Below are positions 22,031 through 32,159 of a DNA stretch of 64,000 nt, piece after piece (the first letter of the stretch is position 1; the number at the start of each line of letters is the position of its first letter). Below the pieces are notes generated by a model that was not told the origin of the DNA, did not search any database, and was given only the letters and a program-made list of their open reading frames with translations. The stretch comes from Spirulina sp. (lineage in GTDB: Bacteria > Cyanobacteriota > Cyanobacteriia > Phormidesmidales > Phormidesmidaceae), in NCBI GenBank assembly GCA_044070495.1, contig JBIPSI010000010.1:100480-164479 (forward strand). Reading direction: 5' to 3'. The position numbers and the translations under genes are program-made.

Positions 22031-23091
22031 CCTTTACCTCCTAGGTTGGCAATTAAATCTTGACGCTTTTGGTGCATGGCCCGTTCGATCAGGGGCAGGG
22101 CTTCTTCGATTTCCCGCCGAGCTACCCCTTCGGCCCCGGCTTCCAGGAATTGATTCAGGGCAATCACATGGGCGGTTTCGAGGGCAATTTCCGTCGGTAC
22201 TTTTACGTCGGGGATAACTCCGGTGCCGTCCCAGTTTTTCCCCGTCACGGGGTTGATGGCCTGCCCCGTAGGCATGAACACCCAAAAGTGATCGTGGAGC
22301 CAGAAGCCTCGGCCTGGATTCGCTCCGCCCCGCGTGGTTTCGCCGACGATGGTGGCCCGCTGGCGGGTTTGTAGGTTGTAGGCAAATTCTTCGGCAGCGG
22401 AGAAGGTAGCGGGACTGGTGAGCACGAACACAGGTTTATTTAAGTACCGTGGCCCCGGCAGGTGGGGAATCGTCCACCACTGATGGGTTTCGTCGGTTTC
22501 GCTCCAGTACAGGTCGTTGAGGTGGGTGGCGGGATGGGCTGGGAACAGGTAGCTACACAAAAACGCCACCGCCGCTGGAGAACCGCCCTGGTTGTGGCGC
22601 AGGTCAAACATCAGGGCATCGGTGTGGGCCACCAGGGTCATGGCAGCGGCGAGAACATTTCCGGCAAATTCCGGTGGCTCGAAGCTAAAAAGCTGAATGT
22701 AGCCCACGTTTCCCGGTAGGCGTTCTACTTTGTTGAGGTCGAAGTTGCGGTGACGGCTGGCCTGCTGTTGGCGGGTCAGTTCCTCAGCGGTGGGTTCGGC
22801 CTGGGGCTCAATGTGGGGCAGGGGCACTGGGCTAAAGTGAAGCCGCAGGTTTTGATCTTGGCTGAGGGCTTGAAGCTGGGCGGTGAGGGTATCGGCTAGT
22901 TGTTGGCCGCCGTTGATGTCGCGGTAACCTCCGCTGTCTAACCGCTGCTCCAGATCGGCCTGGATTTTCTCCGCCACTGCTGGAAACACATAGCTATCCA
23001 ACTGGGCCACCAATGCGCCAATCACCGCCTCCACATCGTTGGGTTGAAGGGGGAAATCTGTGGCGGAAGCTTTGGGAACGGAGGGAGCCAT
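22027..23091 (-). CDS. S41-family peptidase (IRBP-like)
   Basis: [41 protein letters not shown] at 23091 preferred to the upstream TTG. Confidence 0.9.
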   Translation of the reverse strand: MAPSVPKASATDFPLQPNDVEAVIGALVAQLDSYVFPAVAEKIQADLEQRLDSGGYRDINGGQQLADTLTAQLQALSQDQNLRLHFSPVPLPHIEPQAEPTAEELTRQQQASRHRNFDLNKVERLPGNVGYIQLFSFEPPEFAGNVLAAAMTLVAHTDALMFDLRHNQGGSPAAVAFLCSYLFPAHPATHLNDLYWSETDETHQWWTIPHLPGPRYLNKPVFVLTSPATFSAAEEFAYNLQTRQRATIVGETTRGGANPGRGFWLHDHFWVFMPTGQAINPVTGKNWDGTGVIPDVKVPTEIALETAHVIALNQFLEAGAEGVARREIEEALPLIERAMHQKRQDLIANLGGKG

Positions 23092-23163
23092 ACCAGTTAG
23101 AGCAAAGAGCAAGGAATTCAGGTGGAGCGGGGGGGGAGACCGTCCTAGGTCGCAAGGCCAACC

Positions 23164-23466
23164 CTAGCGAATCGGGGCATGAACGGTGACTAGCTTAGTG
23201 CCGTCGGGAAAAGTCGCTTCCACTTGGACTTCGTGGATCATCTCCGCTACCCCGTCCATCACGTCCTCGCGGCTGAGCAGCGTGGTGCCGTAGCTCATCA
23301 GTTCCGCCACGGTGCGGCCATCCCGTGCCCCTTCCAAAATGGCCGCCGAAATGTAGGCGACCGCCTCTGGATGGTTGAGCTTCAGCCCTCGATTTTTGCG
23401 CCGTTCCGCCACCAGGGCAGCGGTAAAAATCAGCAGCTTGTCTTTTTCTTGGGGGGTCAGTTGCAT
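23164..23466 (-). CDS. ureA: Urease gamma subunit
   Basis: [11 protein letters not shown]...[10 protein letters not shown]...[16 protein letters not shown]. Confidence 0.99.
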   Translation of the reverse strand: MQLTPQEKDKLLIFTAALVAERRKNRGLKLNHPEAVAYISAAILEGARDGRTVAELMSYGTTLLSREDVMDGVAEMIHEVQVEATFPDGTKLVTVHAPIR

Positions 23467-23528
23467 GGGCCTAGCTCAAGGGACAGAAAGCGAGAATGGG
23501 GTTGGTCATCGGTGACTAAATGCGGTGG

Positions 23529-23624
23529 CCCTCACCCTAAACCCCTCTCCCAGTTTGGGAGAGGGACTTTGAGATCGCTTTCCGGCTCCCCTCTCCTCCC
23601 TGGGAGCGGGGAGGGGGGTGAGGG
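23529..23624. repeat. CCCTCACCC...GGGTGAGGG palindromic dispersed repeat, copy B
   Basis: Terminal inverted repeats CCCTCACCC/GGGTGAGGG with two internal hairpins. Confidence 0.85.
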
Positions 23625-23821
23625 CTATCTACGGCAAAAACGATGGGTTTTCCCTGCAACTCAGTGTACCAAACGCCGCCCATTTCAGGCTGTACGGGGA
23701 TCTTCGACCGCGACGGCCCGGTCGGTTAAAACAGTTTGTAACAAAATGGACATACACCGACCAAAATCAGAGTAGTCTTATGCTCATGCTGTGATTCAAC
23801 CGTGAGAAGGAGAAAACTCCG

Positions 23822-23929
23822 ATGGCTGCTGCGTTTCTACCCTCGATTCTGGTTCCTCTGGTGGGCATTGTTTTTCCCGCTGCGGCAATGGCCTTCCTAT
23901 TTCTTTACATTGAGCGCGAAGAAGCTTAG
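23822..23929 (+). CDS. psaI: Photosystem I subunit VIII
   Basis: Manual translation [41 protein letters not shown] ribosome-binding site upstream. Confidence 0.96.
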   Translation: MAAAFLPSILVPLVGIVFPAAAMAFLFLYIEREEA

Positions 23930-24259
23930 GGTTTCGTTAAAACTCGCTCGTCAAAAAATGCAAGCTAGGCCGTTTCCTGATTTGGGGGCGGCTTTTTTGT
24001 CGGCCATGCCACACGTGCTACGTTCACCATCACCCTAGAAACCCCAAACTACAAATACAGAAGGCTAAAAATACAGAAAGCTAAAACTCAGATTTATCAA
24101 CCTAAGCCCCGCCCCCCGTACGGGCGCACCGCTGTGCGCCCCAGCCCTTTTAACTTCCGTTAAATCGTGTCCTAAGCCACAATTCTTGCGTTCTGAGTTT
24201 GATCTGATAGGGTTATAGTCGCTGCCTGTCACTTATTGGAGCCTGAGGTCTACCCATCC

Positions 24260-26812
24260 ATGGACAACACTGCCACCACCGATGCCGCTGTCGCCATTGC
24301 CCTAGCTGGGGAACGCACAGGTTCGAGCATTGACAGCATTAAGCGGGCGTTTTTGAACAATTTGTTCTTTGTGCAGGGCAAGCCCGTGGCCTTGGCGACC
24401 CAACACGACTACTACATGGCCCTGGCCTACTTGGTGCGGGATCGGATGCTGCACCGCTGGAACACCACCGCCGAGCGCTATACCCAGCAAGGGGCGCGGA
24501 CAGTCTGCTATCTGTCGGCGGAGTTTTTAATGGGGCCGCACCTGGGCAACAACCTGATTAATCTGGGCCTATATAACGAAGTCAAGCAGGCAATTGAGGA
24601 ACTGGGCCTCGACTTTGATGAGTTACTCGCCCAAGAAGAGGAACCGGGGCTAGGTAATGGTGGCCTAGGGCGTTTGGCGGCGTGCTATTTGGACTCCATG
24701 GCGTCCCTAGAAATTCCTTCCCTAGGCTACGGAATTCGCTACGAGTTCGGCATTTTTCACCAGGATGTTAAGGACGGCTGGCAGGTGGAGCGCACCGACA
24801 AATGGCTGCGCAACGGTAACCCCTGGGAGGTGGTGCGTCCCGAATGGGCGGTGGAGGTGAAGTTCGGTGGCCACACCGAAACCTACACCGACGACCAAGG
24901 CCGATACCGGGTGCGCTGGGTGCCGGAGCGGGAGGTGCTGGGCGTTCCCTACGATACGCCAATCCTGGGCTACCAGGTAAACACGGCCAACACCCTGCGC
25001 CTGTGGAAGGCCGAGGCCATTGAATCCTTTGATTTTGAGGTATTCAACCAGGGCAACTACTACGGCGCGGTGGAGCAAAAGGTGTCCTCCGAGAACCTGA
25101 CTAAGGTGCTCTACCCCAACGACGACAACCAGGCGGGCAAAAAACTGCGCCTAGAGCAGCAAATTTTCTTTGTCTCCTGTTCCTTGCAGGACATGTTCCG
25201 CATCCTTCAGGGCCAGGGGTTGCCCGTTGAGAAATTCCACGAAAAGTTTGCCATTCAGCTCAATGACACCCACCCCGCCATCGCCTCAGCGGAACTGATG
25301 CGTCTGCTGCTGGATGAGTATGGCCTGGATTGGACGCTGGCCTGGGAAATCACCCAAAAAACCTTCGCCTACACCAACCACACCCTGCTGCCCGAAGCCC
25401 TAGAAAAATGGCCAATCAGCCTCTTCGGCAAGCTGCTGCCCCGCCATCTGGAAATCATTTACGAAATCAACCGCCGCTTTTTGGAACTGGTGCGGATGCG
25501 CTTCCCCAAGGATGCGGCCCGACTGGCCCGGATGTCCCTCATTGACGAAAGCGGCGAGCGCTACGTGCGGATGGCCAACCTGGCCTGCGTCAGCAGCCAC
25601 ACCATCAACGGCGTTGCCGCCCTGCACAGCGAACTGCTGAAGCAAACCGTGCTGCGGGATTTCTACGAACTATTCCCGGAAAAATTCTGCAACGTCACCA
25701 ACGGCGTTACCCCCCGCCGCTGGGTGGTGCTCAGCAATCCTCGCCTCAGCACGTTGATCACCAGCCGCATTGGCGACCGCTGGATCAAGCACCTCGACGA
25801 ACTCAAACAGCTCGAACCCCTGGCCGACGATAGCGGCTTCCGGCAAGAATGGCACGACATCAAGCAGGCGGTGAAGCGTGACCTGTCCAGCCGCATCCAC
25901 GACCAGTTCGGCATTTTGGTCGATCCGGCCTCCCTGTTTGACGTACAGGTGAAGCGCATCCACGAATACAAGCGCCAACACCTCAACGTGCTCCACATTG
26001 TCACCCTCTACAGCCAGCTCAAGCAAAACCCCAACCTGGAAATCACCCCCCGCACCTTCATCTTTGGCGGCAAGGCGGCTCCGGGCTATTGGATGGCCAA
26101 GCTGATGATCAAGCTGATCACCGCCGTGGGCGACATGGTGAACAAAGACCCCGACCTGCACAACAAGCTGAAGGTAATCTTCCTGCCCAACTACAACGTC
26201 ACCAACAGCCAGCGGATTTATCCGGCCTCAGATTTGTCGGAGCAAATTTCCACCGCTGGCTACGAGGCATCGGGCACGGGCAACATGAAGTTTGCCATGA
26301 ACGGTGCCCTCACCATCGGCACCTTGGATGGGGCCAACATCGAAATCCGTGATGCCGTGGGGGCCGACAACTTCTTCCTGTTTGGCCTTACCGCCGACCA
26401 GGTGGTGGATCTTAAGGCCCAGGGCTACAACCCCTACGCCTACTACCAAGCCAACCCCCTACTCAAAGACGCCATTGACCTGATCGCCTCCGGCCATTTC
26501 TCCCACGGCGATGGCGATCTGTTCAAGCCCCTGCTCGACAAGCTGCTTTACCACGACCCATACCTGTTGCTGGCGGATTATCAGTCCTACCTAGACTGCC
26601 AGCAAACCGTGGGCGAAGCCTACAGCCGCACCGACGACTGGACACGCATGGCCATCCTCAACGCCATCCGCATGGGCATGTTCTCCTCCGACCGATCCAT
26701 CCGCGACTACTGCGACGGCATCTGGAAAGCCTCGCCCCTGCCCATCACCCTCACCGAATACACCGAAGGCGACTTTGGCCTAGGGAATGAGCTGACCTGC
26801 CGAATTGGGTAA
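24260..26812 (+). CDS. glgP: Glycogen/starch phosphorylase
   Basis: GLGNGGLGRLAAC, QLNDTHP, YTNHTLLPEALE, EASGTGNMK PLP site; ATG at 24260 preferred. Confidence 0.98.
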   Translation: MDNTATTDAAVAIALAGERTGSSIDSIKRAFLNNLFFVQGKPVALATQHDYYMALAYLVRDRMLHRWNTTAERYTQQGARTVCYLSAEFLMGPHLGNNLINLGLYNEVKQAIEELGLDFDELLAQEEEPGLGNGGLGRLAACYLDSMASLEIPSLGYGIRYEFGIFHQDVKDGWQVERTDKWLRNGNPWEVVRPEWAVEVKFGGHTETYTDDQGRYRVRWVPEREVLGVPYDTPILGYQVNTANTLRLWKAEAIESFDFEVFNQGNYYGAVEQKVSSENLTKVLYPNDDNQAGKKLRLEQQIFFVSCSLQDMFRILQGQGLPVEKFHEKFAIQLNDTHPAIASAELMRLLLDEYGLDWTLAWEITQKTFAYTNHTLLPEALEKWPISLFGKLLPRHLEIIYEINRRFLELVRMRFPKDAARLARMSLIDESGERYVRMANLACVSSHTINGVAALHSELLKQTVLRDFYELFPEKFCNVTNGVTPRRWVVLSNPRLSTLITSRIGDRWIKHLDELKQLEPLADDSGFRQEWHDIKQAVKRDLSSRIHDQFGILVDPASLFDVQVKRIHEYKRQHLNVLHIVTLYSQLKQNPNLEITPRTFIFGGKAAPGYWMAKLMIKLITAVGDMVNKDPDLHNKLKVIFLPNYNVTNSQRIYPASDLSEQISTAGYEASGTGNMKFAMNGALTIGTLDGANIEIRDAVGADNFFLFGLTADQVVDLKAQGYNPYAYYQANPLLKDAIDLIASGHFSHGDGDLFKPLLDKLLYHDPYLLLADYQSYLDCQQTVGEAYSRTDDWTRMAILNAIRMGMFSSDRSIRDYCDGIWKASPLPITLTEYTEGDFGLGNELTCRIG

Positions 26813-26885
26813 GGTTAGGGAGTAAGGGTTAGGGATTAGAGGGGGCATGGTTCGCCACCGATTCTTTCTTCCCTCGCCCTATCCC

Positions 26886-26927
26886 GTAGCTATCGTAACG
26901 GACGGGGCAAGGCCGCTTTCTTACAAT
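26886..26927 (+). promoter_or_regulatory. Putative NtcA-activated class II promoter
   Basis: GTA-N8-AAC (26886-26899), 22-nt spacer, TACAAT (26922-26927); consensus is GTA-N8-TAC-N22-TAN3T. Confidence 0.55.
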
Positions 26928-26932
26928 GGCCA

Positions 26933-27119
26933 CAGTAGCGTTAATGTCAAGATTCACTAACCGGAAAGCTTCCGAGCCCTCTGTTTTTAGGTTTCCTTGC
27001 TAACATCAGCGATACTAGGCCCAAAAGGCCAATGAATCAAACCCTTAAATCCAACCTTTCAATCCAAGCCTTAAATCCACCCTTTACCTCTAACCCAGCT
27101 CTGGACGGCTGGGTTTTTT
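26933..27119 (+). ncRNA. Candidate small RNA of about 190 nt
   Basis: Free-standing unit between the promoter above and a terminator; no convincing ORF. Confidence 0.45.
27092..27119 (+). terminator. Intrinsic terminator
   Basis: AACCCAGC-loop-GCTGGGTT followed by a T run. Confidence 0.75.
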
Positions 27120-27146
27120 CTTGCTTATTTGGCCTCAGTCCAACCG

Positions 27147-27668
27147 CTAGCCCTTGGCCGGTGCGCCACCCATCCGGATTTCGGAGCAGAAGGAGGCCAT
27201 CTGTTCGGCATCGCCCACCTTAAACACGCTGGTGCGCATCCGCAAATTGGGGTTCACAAACCACAGCCGTTCTTGAATGGTGCCGTCGGGGGTTTGGGTG
27301 GTGAGGGTCAGCACTTCGTTGTCTAGGCCATATTCGCCTTGGGCCACGGGTTCCTTGGGGTTGGCTTGAAGCACAATGCCCGTCCCGTTTTCCCCAGGGT
27401 GCAGCATTGCCATGAGCGTTGTGCGTTGGGTATTGCTGGTGTCGCCATCCATGCGGCTGTCTTGATCGACCTTGAGGCCACAGGCAATGTGGCTGGGGTC
27501 TTGGCCCTGGGCTTCACACAGTTGCACCAGGCTGGCGTCGGTGGCGGGCAATACCTCAATCAGCAGGTTAGATTGCCCCGCCTTTGAACTTTGGCTGGTT
27601 AGGTAGTGGGTGGTGCGCTGGGAAAACCACTTCCCGGCCAAGGTCTCAACAAAACTCACAATGTCCAT
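27147..27668 (-). CDS. Phycobiliprotein lyase, CpcS/CpeS family
   Basis: AGKWFSQRTTH, ERLWFVNPNLRMRTS, ASFCSEIR; the paralogue cannot be resolved by eye. Confidence 0.93.
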   Translation of the reverse strand: MDIVSFVETLAGKWFSQRTTHYLTSQSSKAGQSNLLIEVLPATDASLVQLCEAQGQDPSHIACGLKVDQDSRMDGDTSNTQRTTLMAMLHPGENGTGIVLQANPKEPVAQGEYGLDNEVLTLTTQTPDGTIQERLWFVNPNLRMRTSVFKVGDAEQMASFCSEIRMGGAPAKG

Positions 27669-27761
27669 GGGCTTAATCTTGTTGCCAATTCGTTCACAGC
27701 CTTTAATTTTACGGTGAAGTGCCCCGCCCCGCTTGCTAGATCACGAAGCCCCTTCCCCCAA

Positions 27762-28358
27762 TCAGCGGTCACTGTAGCGTTCTGTGGCCCAGGGGTTGCC
27801 GCGCATGTGGTAGCCGTTGCGTTCCCAAAAGCCCGGTTCTGGCTGGGCCAAAAACTCTAGGCCGCTAATCCACTTGGCACTTTTCCAGGCGTAGAGGTGG
27901 GGCACCACCACCCGCACCGGGCCACCCCGTTCGGCGGGCAGGGGTTCGCCATTGAGGGTGTGGGCCAAGAAGTTCTCAGGCTGCAGAAAGTCCGCCAAAT
28001 CGAGGTTGGTGGTGTAGCCGCCGTAGCAATGCAGCATGACATGCACCGCCTGGGGATCTAGCTCAACCGTGGCCATCAAATCGGTGATTTTCACCCCTGT
28101 CCATGGCACATCCAGCTTCGACCAGGTGGTCACGCAGTGGAAATCGGTGGTGAAGTCGCTCTGGGGTAGGGCCATCAGGTCGTCCCAGGTGAAGGTTTTG
28201 GGCTGAGCAAGGCCAGAGAGGGTTAGCCGCCAATCGGCCACGCCAATCTCCGGCGTTTCCCCGTAGGTGAGTACCGGAAAGCCCTTGGCCAAGTTCTGCC
28301 CAGGGGGCACCCGATCCGCCAACTCTGGGCCAGGTTTATAGAAAAACTTGCCTGCCAT
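27762..28358 (-). CDS. Sulfite oxidase-like molybdopterin oxidoreductase
   Basis: VPPGQ, DFHCVTTWS, GGPVRVVVPHLYAWKSAKW, GFWERNGYH. Confidence 0.92.
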   Translation of the reverse strand: MAGKFFYKPGPELADRVPPGQNLAKGFPVLTYGETPEIGVADWRLTLSGLAQPKTFTWDDLMALPQSDFTTDFHCVTTWSKLDVPWTGVKITDLMATVELDPQAVHVMLHCYGGYTTNLDLADFLQPENFLAHTLNGEPLPAERGGPVRVVVPHLYAWKSAKWISGLEFLAQPEPGFWERNGYHMRGNPWATERYSDR

Positions 28359-28526
28359 CGCCGTTTCCCTCCAGGAATCTTCCCTATCTTCTCCCAAGTT
28401 TTCTCAAATATGCTGCCCTTGTTAGGCTGAGGCTAGAGATTCAGCCTGCCAGATAATCCATTCATTCCGCACACAAACCCTAAGAGTACTCCATGGAAAT
28501 AACTATCCACTTGTCATAACCATCCG

Positions 28527-28613
28527 CCCTCACCCCTGCCCCTCTCCCTGAGGGAGAGGGGTTCTGAATCCGGCTACCCTTCTCCCTAGGGAGAAGGGGT
28601 TGGGGGATGAGGG
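28527..28613. repeat. CCCTCACCCC palindromic dispersed repeat, copy C
   Basis: CCCTCACCCC...CCCTCTCCC-TGA-GGGAGAGGG...GGGGATGAGGG. Confidence 0.85.
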
Positions 28614-28801
28614 CCAGCCTGGATGATTTATTAATTGGACTGCTCTAAAGGACTGGCTGCTGATCGACCTAATAGTTACAGCCAATTTCATAGGGACATT
28701 CCGTATATCCTCACGCCTACCCCCAATTCCCAATCTGGCAAACCCCAGGGATAGGATCTCCCCATCCTGCCAAGCCGGGAATCATCAGCCAGGACTTCTG
28801 G

Positions 28802-31800
28802 TTAGGGGGAAGGGATTTCGGCGGGGGTGATGGGTTCTGGGGGATCCATCCGGCTTTCTGGCAGAGATATTTTGCTGCCGCCGCCCCGACCTAGGTCGCC
28901 GTGGAGCAGGGTGTAGAAGCAGGGGATGATGAACAGCGTCAGCACCGTGGCCAGGGAGAGGCCGGAAAACACTACCACGCCGAGGGGTTGCAGAAATTCA
29001 GAACCTTCGCCAATGCCCAGGGCCAGGGGAAACAGGCCCAGTACCGTGGTGACGGTGGTCATCAAAATCGGGCGTAGGCGGCGGGGGGCGGCTTGCAAAA
29101 TGGCCGCCTGTCGAGAGCATCCGGTGTCGTTGTAGATTTGGTTGGCCAGTTCCACCATGATGATGGCGTTGTTGACCACAATGCCCACCAGCAGCACCGC
29201 CCCGACGACGACCGTGGCCCCAATGGCAGTTTGGGTGATAAACAAACCGAGGATGCCCCCCGCTAGGGCTAGGGGAACGGTGAGCATAATCACCAGCGGG
29301 TCGATGAGGGAGTTGTACTGCACCGCCATCACCACAAACACCAGGAAGGTGGCCAGGGCACCAAGCACCGCTAGGGATTGCTGAAGGCCGTCGTTCGTCG
29401 CAGCGGCGGAACTGGGTAAACGGGTGACACCGGGGGGCAGTTCCAGTTGGTCAAAGATGGCGTCGGCTTCGGCCAGGGCGGCTCCCAGGCTAGCTCCTTC
29501 GGCTAAGTCTCCGGCCAGCAGGAAGACTTGACGGCGGTTAATGCGCTGAATTTCCCCAGGAGCGGGAGCGAGGGCCACGGTGGCAATGTCGCCAAGCTGA
29601 ATCCGTTGTCCGGTGCGAGATACCACGGGAATATCGAGCAGTTGGGCGGATTGCTGCACGCTGCCCGGAGTGAGTTGTACCTGAATATCCACTAGACGGT
29701 TGCCCCGCTGAAGCTGGGTGGGCACCGATCCATTTAGCGCCGTTTGGATGGTGGCCCCCAAGTCCGCCGCCGAGAGGCCCAGATCCGCCGCTCGATTCCA
29801 GTCGGGCAGAATTTGCAGTTCGTCTTGGGGGGCTTCGCCATCGGGGCGATAGCGGGCTAGGGTGGCCTGTTCGCCTAGGGCCGCCATCACCTGTCGTCCG
29901 GCCTGGGCCAAGGTTTGGGGGTCGTCGCCCTGGAGACCGATGTCAATGTCAGAGCGCACGGGGGAGTTGCTTAGAATCAGCCCGCGCACGGCTTCCTGGC
30001 TGACGCGCACCAGGGTATCCACCAGGGGCAGTTGGCTCACTTCACCGTTCATGCGTTCCACAAAGGCGGCGGTGTCGCTACCCGGTTTGAGGGTGATGGT
30101 GCTGCTGCCGCGCAGGGTGTTGGCGCTGGTGTTGCTGCCAAACAGAAAGCCCCCTGCCGTGGTGAAGACGTATTCCGTTTCTGGCTGGGCGAGGAGGATC
30201 TCATCCACCGCCTGCATCACCCGCTGGTTGGCCTCCACGGTGGTGCCTGCGGGAAACCGCACAAACACCCGCGCTTGGCCAGTGTTGATGCTGGGCAAAA
30301 TTTCCTGGGGAATGCGCTGCACCATCAACAAACTGCTACCGCCAAACACCAGCAGGGCCAGGGCAATCACCCAAATTCGATGGTGTAAGACTTGGCTTAA
30401 AAAGCGACTGTAGCCGAGGGTGACACCCTCCAGACGGCTGTTAAACCAGCGGAACGGCCCCAGGCTTTGCAGCGACCGAGTGGGTCGCCCCATCAGCATT
30501 CGGGCCGACAGGGCAGGCACCACGGTCAGCGCGACGGCCAGGGATGCCGCCACGGAGAAGCTGACGGTTAAAATCAGCTCGTTAAAAATGAGGGAAATAA
30601 AGCCGCCAATCAGCAAAAAGGGCACCACCGCCACCAGGTTCGTGGTGGTGGAAGCCAACAGGGCCGATTCCAGTTCACGGCTGCTGGCTTCGGCTTGAAA
30701 CAGGGCCTCCTGCCGCCGAAACCGTCCCTTCAGGGGGGAGCGCTCCATCATTTCGGCCCGTTGGGCAATGTTTTCCAGCATCACAATGGAGTTGTCTACC
30801 ACAATGCCCACACCCAGGGCCAACCCGCCCAGGCTAAACACATTCAGCGACAGGCCAGACAACCCCATCATCACCAGTGCCGCCAAAGAAGCCAGGGGAA
30901 TGGCCAGCACAATAATGAAGGTTTGGCGCAGGGAACCCAAAAATAGCAGTACCGTAATCGCCGCTAGGGTGGCCCCGGTTAGCCCCGCTACGGCTACATT
31001 GCGGATGGAATTGCGAATAAAGCGCGACTCATCGAGGGTGGCGGTCATCTCCATGCCCTCCGGCATTTGGCCGAGTTGCTGCATTTCCGCCAGTTTGGCC
31101 TTCACCCCATCTACCACATCCACGGTGTTGGCGGCGGGCTGCTTTTGCACACTCACCTTCACCGCTGGCAGGCCGTTGAGGCTGACAAACACCCGCTGTT
31201 CCTCGGTGCCGTCCTGAATCGTAGCCACATCGCGCAAAAATACCTGCTGGGGCGGGTTGGTGCCCGGAACGGTAATCGGCAGGGTTTCCAATTCCGCCGC
31301 CGAGTCAAAGCGCCCCACCAGGCGGGTTAGGGTTTCCTCCTCGCCGCCCCGCAGCCGTCCGCCAGAGACATCCTGGTTGCGCTCCCGCAGGGCCGCCAGT
31401 ACGTCATTCAGGCCCAGACCCACCGCTTGCAGCCGGGGCAAATCCACATTCACCTGCACCTGCTCCTCCACACCGCCGGAGACATCGGTGTTGGCCACTC
31501 CGGGCACCTGTTGCAGTTCCCGCTCTAGTTCTTCCTCGGCAAAAATCCGCAACTCCTGAGCGCTCAGCCGATCCGAGGTCAGCGCCATTTCGTAGACCGG
31601 AAGCTGGGAGGGGTCAAACTTAAACAGCCGAGGCGTTTCGATACTGTCCGGCAGGGTGCCCCTAGCCCGGTTCAGGGTCGCCGTGGCATCGTTGAGGGCT
31701 TGGTCAATGTCGCCACCGGGTTCAAAAAACAGGTCAATACTAATCTGGCCCTCGCGGGTTTGGGAAAAGATCTGCACCACCCCCTCCGTCGTCGCCAGGG

Positions 31801-32038
31801 CTTCCTCCAGAGGGCGCGTCACCTCATCCACCGCCACCACGGGCGACAACCCCGGAGCCGCCCCCCGTAGGCCAATGCGCGGATAGGTAATCGAGGGCAG
31901 CAAATCCACAGGCAATTGACTGGTGATAAACAGGCCCATCACCAGCACCGTTAGCCCCAGCATCAGGGTGCCAATGTGCCGCCGAATCGCCAAACCGCTG
32001 ATGCTAAACCGCTGGGGAGTCAGAGGAGAAGGAGTCAT
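28802..32038 (-). CDS. RND efflux transporter permease (AcrB/AcrD/AcrF family)
   Basis: 1078 aa; GIVVDNSIV, GIVVNNAI and RLRPILMTT motifs. Confidence 0.96.
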   Translation of the reverse strand: MTPSPLTPQRFSISGLAIRRHIGTLMLGLTVLVMGLFITSQLPVDLLPSITYPRIGLRGAAPGLSPVVAVDEVTRPLEEALATTEGVVQIFSQTREGQISIDLFFEPGGDIDQALNDATATLNRARGTLPDSIETPRLFKFDPSQLPVYEMALTSDRLSAQELRIFAEEELERELQQVPGVANTDVSGGVEEQVQVNVDLPRLQAVGLGLNDVLAALRERNQDVSGGRLRGGEEETLTRLVGRFDSAAELETLPITVPGTNPPQQVFLRDVATIQDGTEEQRVFVSLNGLPAVKVSVQKQPAANTVDVVDGVKAKLAEMQQLGQMPEGMEMTATLDESRFIRNSIRNVAVAGLTGATLAAITVLLFLGSLRQTFIIVLAIPLASLAALVMMGLSGLSLNVFSLGGLALGVGIVVDNSIVMLENIAQRAEMMERSPLKGRFRRQEALFQAEASSRELESALLASTTTNLVAVVPFLLIGGFISLIFNELILTVSFSVAASLAVALTVVPALSARMLMGRPTRSLQSLGPFRWFNSRLEGVTLGYSRFLSQVLHHRIWVIALALLVFGGSSLLMVQRIPQEILPSINTGQARVFVRFPAGTTVEANQRVMQAVDEILLAQPETEYVFTTAGGFLFGSNTSANTLRGSSTITLKPGSDTAAFVERMNGEVSQLPLVDTLVRVSQEAVRGLILSNSPVRSDIDIGLQGDDPQTLAQAGRQVMAALGEQATLARYRPDGEAPQDELQILPDWNRAADLGLSAADLGATIQTALNGSVPTQLQRGNRLVDIQVQLTPGSVQQSAQLLDIPVVSRTGQRIQLGDIATVALAPAPGEIQRINRRQVFLLAGDLAEGASLGAALAEADAIFDQLELPPGVTRLPSSAAATNDGLQQSLAVLGALATFLVFVVMAVQYNSLIDPLVIMLTVPLALAGGILGLFITQTAIGATVVVGAVLLVGIVVNNAIIMVELANQIYNDTGCSRQAAILQAAPRRLRPILMTTVTTVLGLFPLALGIGEGSEFLQPLGVVVFSGLSLATVLTLFIIPCFYTLLHGDLGRGGGSKISLPESRMDPPEPITPAEIPSP

Positions 32039-32119
32039 GGGAAAGAACTGGATAGAGTGTGAGGAGCTGGGTTGGGGCGCACAACGTTGCGTCCGTACGG
32101 AGAATTGGGGCTGAGAAAG

Positions 32120-32140
32120 GTAGGGTGGGCACTGCCCACC
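32120..32140 (+). repeat. REP-like element GTAGGGTGGGCACTGCCCACC
   Basis: GTAG plus hairpin; identical inverted copy at 54676-54696. Confidence 0.8.
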
Positions 32141-32159
32141 ATAAAAACGAATCCGGTCG

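Noticed and set aside
23724..23750. Possible RpaB HLR1 site upstream of psaI
   Set aside because: Only one good half-site (TTTGTAAC); not enough to call.
24053..24090. AAATACAGAA(G/A)GCTAA tandem upstream of glgP
   Set aside because: Two and a bit copies; simple slippage is sufficient.
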